A DNA stretch of 64,000 nt, taken from NCBI GenBank assembly GCA_012295275.1, contig CM022677.1:25854001-25918000 (forward strand), read 5' to 3'. This document shows, in pieces, positions 52,943 to 64,000 of this stretch (position 1 is the stretch's first letter; each line of letters starts with the position of its first letter). Both the position numbers and the translations under genes were made by a program. The stretch is from Chrysomallon squamiferum. Taxonomy: Eukaryota > Animalia > Mollusca. The notes beneath the pieces were generated by a model. It did not search any database. It was not told where the DNA came from and saw nothing but the letters and a program-made list of their open reading frames with translations.

Positions 52943-53663
52943 CAGTGGTATCTTGAGTTAATTCATTCTGTGACCGAGCTCGTAACTCAATTTGCTCGTA
53001 TCTCAAATCAATTTTCCCAAATGAAATTAATTGAAATACCATTAATCCGTTGCAGCCCCCCAAAAACCACCCCATCTTTTTTATTAACATTTTATTAAAT
53101 AAGAAAAATGTATGTTTAAATGACAAATATTATAAAAAAAAAAAAAATATAAAGAACTAAATTGGCCTTGTAAAATGTAGTGATAGGGTTTCTCCATCTT
53201 TTCATGGACAGAGGTCTGCAGATGAAGTTACAGCCTTTATCAACTTCTCATATCATAAAAGTACTATGCTCGTACTGCCTGGCCATGTTGACTACAGGCA
53301 CCCCTCGCTCATGTTATTCTATTTCATGCTTTAATTCAAAGGACATCATCCGCTTCTTCTCAGCACTGTCCCTTGATCTCACTTTCTTAGGATCCATGGA
53401 AATTTGGCAAAATACTGCACAAAATGCGAGCACAACACAACAGAGATGTTTGCACAGTGAGGTAAACATGTGAAGCAAGTAAGTAAGATGCAGGATGGTG
53501 GGTTGATGTTGTATGGTTCGATGCACCACTTAGAGGCAGCGTATTTGAAGCTCGCTTGTAACTCAGATTTTGGCTCAAAACTCAAAGCAAAAAATCCACC
53601 AGGCGGCTACTCATGACGATAAAAACTCTTAAGATGGAGCAGTTGTAATTGAAGGTACCACTG
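52943..53663 (-). mobile_element. Internally deleted Tigger/pogo DNA transposon (721 bp) with transposase 5' remnant
   Basis: TA-CAGTGGTA...GGTACCACTG-TA termini; minus strand from 53397 reads MDPKKVRSRDSAEKKRMMSFELKHEIE*HERGVPVVNMARQYEHST, the CENP-B/psq-type HTH start of Tigger transposases, with in-frame stops. Confidence 0.88.
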
Positions 53664-53667
53664 TATT

Positions 53668-53698
<31 letters not shown>

Positions 53699-53792
53699 TA
53701 AAGTAGAAAAATATTTTAAACTGAAAATAGGGATATTAAATTCACAAAAGTATTTTTCTGCTATAATTTTAAATCATACCTTTATCTTTACT

Positions 53793-54216
53793 GTTTATTC
53801 TTTTACAGAATCTACCACTGTTTATACTTTCACAGAATCCATGGCTGTTTATACTTTTACAGAATCTACCACTGTTTATACTTTTACAGAATCTACTGCT
53901 GTTTATACTTTTACAGAATCTACTGCTGTTTATACTTTTACAGAATCTACTGCTGTTTATACTTTTACAGAATCTACTGCTGTTTATACTTTTACAGAAT
54001 CTACCGCTGTTTATACTTTTACAGAATCTACTGCTGTTTATACTTTTACAGAATCTACCGCTGTTTATACTTTTACAGAATCTACCGCTGTTTATACTTT
54101 TACAGAATCTACTGCTGTTTATACTTTCACAGAATCTACCACTGTTTATACTTTTACAGAATCTACTGCTGTTTATATTATTTTACATAATCTACCACTG
54201 TTTATTCTTTTCACAG
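53793..54216 (+). repeat. 27-bp minisatellite (GTTTATACTTTTACAGAATCTACTGCT), ~15 copies
   Basis: Direct inspection; explains ORF 53649..54272. Confidence 0.95.
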
Positions 54217-54521
54217 TTAAAAATGCTCGCAAACAACTGTTGGCCAATAATATTCTAAAGAAAATGGTTTAAAAAAAAAAATACAAACCATTTCTAGCTG
54301 TTTGTTCTTCAGTGCAAGAACATTTTGTTATATCATTTTATTCCTGTGTGGGTCTCACAGTACTCTAAATCAAAAAATTTGTTGAATACACTGTAGTTAA
54401 AATGAAAAATAAAAATATAAAGAAATTTCACACAGAAAATGTGGATTATAACAAATTCCACAAAGTGGCATTATTTTATTAATTAATTATTACTCTACAG
54501 GAAACACAGTTGTAAAGAAAG
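54150..54521 (+). repeat. Arm B of the inverted duplication (partner 51617-51939)
   Basis: See arm A. Confidence 0.85.
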
Positions 54522-54696
54522 ACAAACTGCTCATTCTTCAAGGTATGAATATTTCAGTAGATCACTGTAATTCCTGTGCATCAGACTTTTTAAGTTCAGT
54601 AGAAGATACTGTAGTTAAGCAGGCCGGGACAAGTGCAATTTGGTTTTTAACAATCAAATTGCAAACATCACGACCTAAACACTCTACATATCAGCT

Positions 54697-55125
54697 GTAA
54701 AGTGTAACAGTGATGATCAACTGCAACAGTAAAGTGTAACAGAGATGATGAACTGCAACAGTAAAGTGTAACAGAGATGATGAGCTGCAACAGTATGTAA
54801 CAGTGAACAGTATGTAACAGAGATGATCAACTGCAACAGTATGTAACAGTGAACAGTATGTAACAGAGATGATCAACTGCAACAGGGCAGGCCGGGACCA
54901 GTGCAATTTGATCATTGTGTGTAACAATATTGCATAGATCACAGCCGCCACATCATAGCAGATAACTAGTCGAGAAACTTCTCTGTTCTTCCAGTCTTGT
55001 TGATTTGAAATAAAACAGTATTATACAGATCACATCATAGCAGATAACTAGTCGAGAAACTTCTGTGTTCTTCCAGTCTTGTTGATTTGAAATAAAACAG
55101 TATTATACAGATCACATCATTGCAG
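54697..55125. repeat. Two small tandem arrays (31/46-bp units at 54697-54885; 82-bp units at 54949-55125)
   Basis: GATCAACTGCAACAG..GTAACAGAGAT repeats; CACATCATAGCAGATAACTAGTCGAGAAAC... twice. Confidence 0.8.
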
Positions 55126-58100
55126 GTAGCAGGTCCTGAAGTTTCTTTTCTGAAACAAAACAATATTAACATTATAGTAGATAAATTCAGATTTTTCTCT
55201 CTTTTTCTTCTTTTTTTTTTTTTTCATTGCAGTGAAACAAAAAATATTGAAGCTCACCTGAGCAGAAAATAAGCTTAAATGTTCTCGTTTTCTTTCACTG
55301 TTCTGTTGATCTAAAATTAAACATCACAGCAGATAATGTAAAAGATTCTAACATTGTCATTTTAATGACATGTTCGTCTGAAATAATATAAGACTCCATG
55401 TAACATAACAAGTTTTTAACACTTACTTTACTGTTCCAGTGATCTGAAATAAAACAGTATTACAGACATGGCATTTCTTCAGACAATATTCAGACAGCTG
55501 GATAAATGCTGTTGAATGCTGTAACTTCTCCATGGGTCCACAAAATCTCCCCTGAAGGGTTTTGTCTGAAATCCAGACTGCTTTGCTTGCACATCAAACA
55601 GACAGTTAAATTTAACTATGTTTCTTTTGTTCTTGCTTTTCCATCATCATGATGATCTGCAAAAGAGATGAGGTAAACTTTTTTTGTTCTTCTAGTATCA
55701 CAGATTATCATTTTAGCTGAAATTTCATTATCAAGAGTAACAATACAGCAAAGTAATAATTCCTGTGTTATGCATCCCATTTCAGTACCTCAGGTAACAG
55801 TGTACTTCAAGTTTACAGGAAACATTTTCATTCATCTGAAATAAAATAACATCTATCTTGAAAATCAGCATCAAGCCAAGTACTAGATGCTCTAGTGCGA
55901 CAACCTTAGACCCAATCACATACACGATCACACTGTGTTACAGAGTCTATGAGTAACATTGCTAACAATGGCAATATTTTTCTACAACCATTTGCATACA
56001 CCATATGCAGGTGGACCAAAATGGTTCTAAAAGGTGTTACCATTAGAAAACTGAACAAATTTTCCAAACAAAATTAAATAATAAATCATGGATGATGGAA
56101 GCAACTGGCTGAAACTATTAAAACTAACCACACACTATATAAAATTAAACACCCACCCAAACACAAACAAAATCAAATATACTTTCATTTCATCATCTTG
56201 TTGGTTTCTTTTTCATTTCTTCAATGTCATGAACATATTTATGGGATCAATGGATCAGCTAAACTGAAACTGATATGGAAATATCTTTTCATTCCACTTA
56301 ATCAATGAGCTAAAGTAAAAAGCTCTGACAGATTAAACTCTTATAAAGAAACCAATTTTCCATGATGACAAGTAATCATCACTTTAACACTCCGTGTCAT
56401 CTGACATCATGCCGAGACAAACTAGAGTTTTTAACCAGGGCTCTTCAAAAAATAAATTACTATAAATTAACAACATATAATTATTTTTAATGAGTACAGC
56501 AACGTGATTTTCCATAAAAAATATATATCTTGCACTCTTTTTGTTAAAGATATCTCAAAATAATGCAGTTGATCAAGTTAAAAATAATACTGAAAGTTTA
56601 GCCTCTGATATTTAGCTTGTTAAATGGGATTGAAATGGAATACATCTTTTGTGTGTGTGTGTTTATTTATTACATACAAAGGGGTAAAAAAAAATTAGGT
56701 ACGTTTCCCTGTGATACCTGGCACTGGGAAGTGTGTGTTGTGCCAAAAGGATTAAAGAAATATTTGAGTCTACAGCATAATAATGCTGTTAAAACTCAAA
56801 TCAGCTGAACACTGGTAAGTTGAATACTTTTTAATGTAGTGGTTGCTAAGTACTGTCATTTAAATGTCATCCTACTTTGTTGAAGCTGAAATAAAAAAAA
56901 TCTGAATGTGAGGTAATAATAATAAAGAAGAATATAGTCACCACACAGACCTAAATGCATGCTTATAGATCTGTTTACAATTTAAATCAAACCAGTTATA
57001 ATTTATCAAACATAAGATTAGTTAATAAACACTGATATGAAGGATATATTGCAACATAAATTATTAAAATAAAAAAAACTTTCGTCTCAACTTGTGTCCC
57101 AACATTGTTGTTTTTATTCTGATTAAGGGAAATATATACAATAGACAGCTTATTGATTATAGACTTAAGAGTATAAATTCTGTTTAACTGTCCTGTCTGT
57201 AAATTTCAGTGTGATGAATTCTGCTTAGTAAGTTATAAATATTAGACATACAATTAACACATTACTTAACAGTGAATTATGTTACATGTTCTTTCAGTTT
57301 CAGGTTACCAGCCTCATTTTTTTATATAAAATTGTGCCCTTTGTTTTCAAATACATAGACATACTTTAATTGTTCTGAAAGGGATTATAATCAAAGGGAA
57401 ATAACTGAAATTCAATAACGACCTCACCAAAGTAGCATCCCTTAACAAGAAACATAAATCACAAAATGTCAAGCTGCAGTAAGGTAAAACAAACCACCTA
57501 CCCACTGAATGTTTAAAAGTTGTAAAAATCTAATATAAATTTTAATATATACATAAAAAAAACCACCAAGACAGCAAGTCCCTGGTTCATGTGATTGAAA
57601 CACTCAAAAGATGAAGCTAAAATAAAATAATAATAATAACAATAATAACAACAACAATAATAATGAAAATAGTAATTATAATAAATAGATAAATATAACA
57701 AAATAAAAATAAATAATGAGTGAAATGAGATAATTTCATAAAAAGGCTTCAACTGTATGTTTAATTTCCAGACTTACCTCCTATCATTTTGAAAGAAAAG
57801 AAAAAAAATCTTTAGTAACAAATTTGTGTTTGTAGATTATAAAAGTATAATTATAAAATATTATTTGTTAGAAAATAATTTTTTCTGCTGAAGTGTTATG
57901 TATAAATAGTTTCTCTGACACTTTTTAATGTCAGTCAAAATTATTTTGGTTCCTTCTCTTTCTGAAAGAGTCAGAATATCTCAGTTTTTTAAAGGCTGCA
58001 AAAAATAATTATAGTTTAGTCAAAATTACATACTTTTATCTAATCTAAGAATTTGTTCATAAATACATTCTGGAATTTGTAATAGAGATAAGAAAGAGGA

Positions 58101-58229
58101 AGTAACAAATAAGGTAGTAGTAATTATGAGATTTTTCTAATGGATACGTATGGTGAAACAGAAGGACAGAAGTGAAAATGTAGAAAGCACGCTTATTAGC
58201 AGGCCGGGACAAGTGCAATTTGTGTTATT

Positions 58230-58930
58230 TTCCTCAATATTGCAACTGTCACGACCTGATAACAAACACAGACTTAGCTGTCTATATTCCTCAATATTGC
58301 AACTGTCACCTGATAACAAACACAGACTTAGTTGTCTATATTCCTCAATATTGCAACTGTCACCACCTGGTAACAAACACAGACTTAGCTGTCTATATTC
58401 CTCAATATTGCAACTGTCACGACCTGGTAACAAACACAGACTTAGCTGTCTACATTCCTGAATACTGTAACTATCACCTGATAACAAACACAGACTTAGC
58501 TGTCTATATTCCTCAATATTGCAACTGTCACGACCTGGTAACAAACACAGACTTAGCTGTCTATATTCCTGAATACTGTAACTATCACCTGATAACAAAC
58601 ACAGACTTAGCTGTCTATATTCCTCAATATTGCAACTGTCACGACCTGGTAACAAACACAGACTTAGCTGTCTATATTCCTGAATACTGCAACTATCACC
58701 ACCTGGTAACAAACACAGACTTAGCTGTCTATATTCCTGAATACTGTAACTATCACCTGATAACAAACACAGACTTAGCTGTCTATATTCCTCAATATTG
58801 CAACTGTCACGACCTGGTAACAAACACAGACTTAGCTGTCTATATTCCTGAATACTGCAACTATCATAACCTTATAACTAACAGACGTAGTTGTCTAAAT
58901 TCTGGAATACTGTAACTGTCATAACTTTAC
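58230..58930. repeat. 54/57-bp minisatellite, ~12 units, resuming degenerately at 59664-59770
   Basis: AACAAACACAGACTTAGCTGTCTATATTCCT(C/G)AATA(T/C)TG(C/T)AACT(G/A)TCAC(GAC)CTG(G/A)T. Confidence 0.95.
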
Positions 58931-58933
58931 AAC

Positions 58934-59663
58934 TAGGGTTTGAAAAACAGTATTTCGTAATTGATGGGTAATACCATTAACGAAGCACCAATACAAGATT
59001 TCTAAATTTTAACGAGTCTTACTGAGAGATATATTACTTGTTAACATAAGATTATGTAGTTACTTGGTGTTGCTAGTGTGCCTTCAGATGCGAATTTGAT
59101 GCTCGTCTGTTTAATGTTCCACGTTTACCTGTTTGATTACTGACATGCATGCCATCCTAAGTCATTTTGACTAGTGATATGGGATTGGCTCCTGCTTCTC
59201 GGTTGTCACCCAAAACACTAGATGTTTTGTATTTTTTTAAAGTCATACTTCTCAAGCATCAAAGAATGAATCAGAACTTCTCATAAGTTGCAAAACATAT
59301 GATGTAAATTTTGGATAATAAATGTAATTTCCTTGTTTCCTTTTTATAAAATTAGCATCCACATTTCTTCTTGTTTTTTTTTTTATTGCATGTACATTTT
59401 TTGTATACCTTTTGTACCCATTTTAAGTTCTATAAAAGTTCAAATCACAATTTTTTCTGAAGACAGGTAGGAAAAGGAGGATAATGAATAATGTTGTCAG
59501 ATGAGTATCAAATAATAAGTAAAATGGGTTTGTGTAAGAGAAAACAGTGTCCACAAAAGCTCCACAAACTAACTAAACCCGGTGAAATCCAGTGCAAACT
59601 TGTATTGAGAATATCTGTCGATAATTTACCGGTATTGATATTATCGGTAATTTGCAAACCCTA
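58934..59663. mobile_element. Non-autonomous hAT-like element inserted in the minisatellite
   Basis: Termini TAGGGTTTG / CAAACCCTA; flanks TTTACAAC and CTGATAAC could be an eroded 8-bp TSD (5/8); array units on both sides. Confidence 0.55.
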
Positions 59664-60000
59664 CTGATAACAGTCTTAGCTGTCTACATTCCTTAATATT
59701 GTAACATTTTCACAACCAGATAACATAGACTTAGTTATCTACATTCCTCAATATTTCAACTATCATGACCCAAAACGGCCTATTCCATGGTATTTGTGTA
59801 GTTATATGTCTGTACAAATACAAAGAATACAGAACAATGTGAATTAAAAAAAAAAAAATTCTAAACTATTTCAAAAAGCTTCTTAAAATACAGCATCACT
59901 TGTGTACAACTGTACATTTCTGTTTGACTGTAATAAGGTATTTCTTAAACGTAAATAACAGATTTGAACAATATTCAGTTACTTAATTTAGTTTAATAAT

Positions 60001-60106
<106 letters not shown>

Positions 60107-63100
60107 AAGAAGATTAATAAAAACAATATAAGAAGCAAAAGGACAAAAAGAAGAAGAAAGTCAAACAAAATCATCATTTGTAAAGTACATTATCAAAAGG
60201 TTATTTAGTAACTTTCAATTTTTAAAGAAAGAATGGTGAAAAATAAAAATGGCTAAGTTAAATACAAGCATGAAAGGCACAGGTACTCCAGTACAACATT
60301 CTTATTCAAATTAACTGAAAAAAAAAAAAAAAAAAAAAATTGAATTTTAATTTTAATTTTAATATTAAAATAACAATAGCATTAAAAAAAGAAAATAATA
60401 ATAAAAAAAAAAGACCATTAGTGAAAAATATTTAATCTTGTGTCTATGAACAAGGTACCTGTCAAAGGCTATGTGAGAAGAATTCAAATTGGCTTACACC
60501 TGCTGGAGTTTATTGGAATATGTTACATAGGTTCTCTACATACATTTATTACTCTGTGTTAAGGTAGCTGTTATAAAAAAAATATATATTAAAATGTATG
60601 TTTCTGCATGGCTGTGTTTGGACCTGTTATCAGTAGTAAGCTGTGATCTCTTTACATGTAAGACTGTCTGGACTTGTCCACAAGCTCTTGAAATGTCCAG
60701 ATGTGGGTCAGTTTGTGTGTAATTATTTCAAAACTGATACAGTTCTTTCATTTTACATTATCACACCATTTTGAAAACATTTACACTATTAAACTACAGG
60801 GGAGATAACATTCGCATACAATATATAGGTTAGCGTTGTGACTTTTACAATATGCAGTACTTTTTAAGACTGAAATTCGATTAACTTTTATTACACATCC
60901 AAGATCTACTGCCATGATTTTTTTTAAAACAAATAGTCATATGGTAACTACTTTCATGTGATGTAAACTAGAGGAAACATGCAGATACAGAAATATAGGT
61001 TAAGTTTCTATTTTTATAATTTCCAATGCATAATTATTTTTAAACTGAAATGAGATTAAATTTATTTCACATTAAAGATACCATGCCATATTTTTATCTA
61101 TCTCTGTGTATGCATGCATGTATGTATGTATGTATGTATGTATGTATGTATGTATGTATGTATGTATGTATGTATATATAGAGAGAGAGCTAATACATAG
61201 ATATTTTTTTAAATAGATAAGATATTAAGAAACCAATTTCATGTAAAAATGTAACTCCATTAACTGACTGAAATTAAAGGTGATAGGTAAGATTACAGTT
61301 CAAGGTGTGGTTAATGAAAATGCCTCACCCAGAGACACACAAAGTAATAAACATACAACAGGTAATAAACTTCTTCATTAATCACATTACACACCTGTTT
61401 GTTTATGTAATTACTGAAAACAATGAAACCAGGTTCAGGATACACAGTGCTTTTATTTAGCAGTTTTTGACTTCAAAACAGTAGCAAATAATTTTGACAA
61501 CTTTGAGGAACTGGCAATGTGGATTGGCTTCTAGTTAACTCTTTAAGTTCCAATAATCTTAATATTAATATGAATAAACACTGTACCATATGATATAACT
61601 AAACACTTTCTTTTACTTAACCAATTTTCACTTCAAAACAATGGTAAATAACTTTTGAGGAAACTGATAATTGTAATGTCTTTTATTTAACCCTTTGAGT
61701 TCTAGTCACAATTAAGAGAGACAATTGGACAATGTGGACACTGTACAGGAGTGTTCTAACTGAGCAGTGAATCCTGCTTCTGGTATTAACAATCAATTAA
61801 AATTTATATGTTTACTAATGAGATAGCCAAGTAAACATTATAAACTGTACACCTGTTCTTTTCAGATGTGTATTCCAGTTGTTTTCAAATATTCTTGTTA
61901 AATATAAAAATGGCCATTTTAATGTTGATGGAAACTGTTTTCTTAACAATTATTTAGCTGTTCAACTATTTTATTAGTCTTTCACCAGTTCTGAATAAAG
62001 TGCTCATCCAACAAAGAAAAATATTTTTTTTTTTTTTTTGCTCCCAATCACTTGAAGCTGCCCTCCAGTTAAACTAGTCTTATAATGATAAATATTTGTT
62101 TCTCAGCTTAGCCTAGCAAGAAAGGTGCCAATGATTAGGCTTTGTCCCATGATGCACACAGTTCTTGTAGACTACCAGGGACCGGTTTATGCTGTAGTCT
62201 GTGTTTAAACTCAGAAAGAGAAAATTAATCAACCAAACCAGACATCACGATGTGCAGCAAGGAAAGTGATAGCCATTTTAATAGTTAATATTATCATTTT
62301 ACCAAGATATGAAAATTATAAAATAATAGGATATATTTCTTAATATAGTTTTAAATAAATAATTACTATAATTATTTTTGTTTAGATTGTCAATAATTTA
62401 TAAATACTAATTTTCCATAAATTATTATTATTATTATTGTTATATAGAGGTCAATATGCATTTGTTGGGAACAGATATAAGTAGTGGAGTGCTGGATGAA
62501 AACAATATGCAAAACAAAATCACCACCTTGTTCTGTCTCTGTCTCTTTGTATCTTGTCCCTGATATAAGAACCCAAGATAATGACAAAAGGCTACTTGTA
62601 CAATGAAACATTTCACACCTAATTACCCTTGTAATTTATTTGAATATTAACTTGTTGCTTCAGGACAGTTATAACAACTTGACAGTCATGAATTTTTCTC
62701 TACAGTTTTGCGTATGCCAATTACAGTCTTACCCGAATGAAAAATGTATTATTCTTTATTAAACTTGATCTTACTAGTGATTTATTACTAATAAAATAAA
62801 TCAATTTACTGAGAGCTGTTTTTCAAGTCATGTAACAACAACCTGGGAGAGCTAAAACAAAAGATTAGTTAACCTGTGCTTATTGTAAGCCCCTCCCTGA
62901 CAAACAATGGATAGAAAAAGGTCCTGAGAACTGTGCTAAACGAAGGACATGGTCAGAGAGAACAAGGAGCAGTGTAGTCCACACTGTAACACAACACTCA
63001 CAGCTTTGTGTAATTTGTCTCTGTACTTGAGTGATTTCGATAATGTCTTCTCATGTTTGATTGTAGCCTCTGTTCTACACCAAACCTTATACAGCCAGAT

Positions 63101-63388
63101 AAAACATTTTACATAATGTGTGCTGATTGAAAGAGGACTGCCACTTTACAGGTGTTTTTTTTTACTAAAATTATTGCAACCAATCATTTTGGCAAGAGTA
63201 AAATATATTAACATGTTTAAACTGAATGTACAGTACAGTACAGCTCCTGTCATCTACAGTAATATCTGATTTATTTCAAAAGCAGATCTGAAAATTTAAC
63301 AAAATTCTAATTTATTATTTTCATTTATGCTTTTGCAATTGATATAATTACTGAAATTTATAAATCTTTTAATGAAACATGTATTGAT

Positions 63389-63433
<45 letters not shown>

Positions 63434-64000
63434 TATAACAATAACATAATAATAAAATAAAAGAATAAAGATAAAATTCCTCTTGTTGATTTATTGGTGT
63501 CATATAGGCCTACTTAAATTGATCTGAAAAAAATAAAAAAATAAAAAAAATAATAATAAAAACTAAATAAAATAAAAATGAATTCATCACTAAAATAACC
63601 ATTTAATTACAATTTTTATTTAAAATGTGTAATTCAATATGGTCATTCAAATTGAATTTTCAAGATTCAAAATAGTTTGCTATAATTTGTTAGCACTGTG
63701 TGTATTTATTTCTTATAAAATGAACTGTCAATAAAAAGATTAAATACAAATTTTAAGGTTAAAAAAATGTATTTTAGTAAGCTGGGTAATGCAACTTTAT
63801 TGCTTTTAATTTCTGCAGAATGATATTAATTGTTGAGCAGTGTCAGGTGGGTGTCAGTATTTACTGTGTCTGGCCGTCTGCCATATTACTTTCTGGCTGC
63901 TTGTGAATCGGGCAGATTACAACAAATTTATTTTTATTACAAAGTCAGAAAATCTCAACACAATTATTTATTTATATTTTATTTAGTCTTGTTTTGTTTT

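Noticed and set aside
53649-54272. 207-aa ORF with VYTFTESTA repeats
   Set aside because: Product of a 27-bp minisatellite; the inverted paralog has a single unit and no such ORF.
58137-58915. Overlapping 228- and 231-aa Cys-rich repeat ORFs
   Set aside because: Open on both strands only because unit lengths (54/57) are multiples of 3; no unique flanking coding sequence.
63835-63920. GC-richer island considered as a pre-miRNA or exon
   Set aside because: No convincing hairpin, known mature miRNA sequence or splice-bounded ORF.

Overview
AT-rich, microsatellite-rich animal genomic DNA with spliceosomal introns. An invertebrate-type antizyme pseudoknot and a SINE relic suggest a mollusc (inference). 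Three protein-coding genes were reconstructed by hand with consistent splice phases. (1) Ornithine decarboxylase antizyme, minus strand, 4 coding exons, 11101->5767, ~206 aa; it needs a +1 ribosomal frameshift at TCC-TGA (9445-9440), followed by an RNA pseudoknot. (2) Dynactin subunit 6 (DCTN6/p27), plus strand, 7 exons, 11354-15648, 191 aa; it is head-to-head with antizyme (252 bp between ATGs) and contains a U12-type intron. (3) A neprilysin/endothelin-converting-enzyme-like M13 zinc peptidase, minus strand, 17 exons, 37866->19989, ~774 aa; it has a second candidate first exon (48014-47918) and two alternative copies of the HExxH active-site exon. The most unusual signals are (a) those duplicated, apparently mutually exclusive catalytic exons and (b) tandem arrays built from the splice junctions themselves in all three genes, e.g. 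21 extra copies of a DCTN6 acceptor plus exon start, six of them in frame. The region 49-64 kb has no recognisable coding exons; it holds Tigger/pogo and hAT-like elements, an inverted duplication and minisatellites. Almost all long ORFs in the supplied track are repeat artefacts. All coordinates and counts were read by eye.
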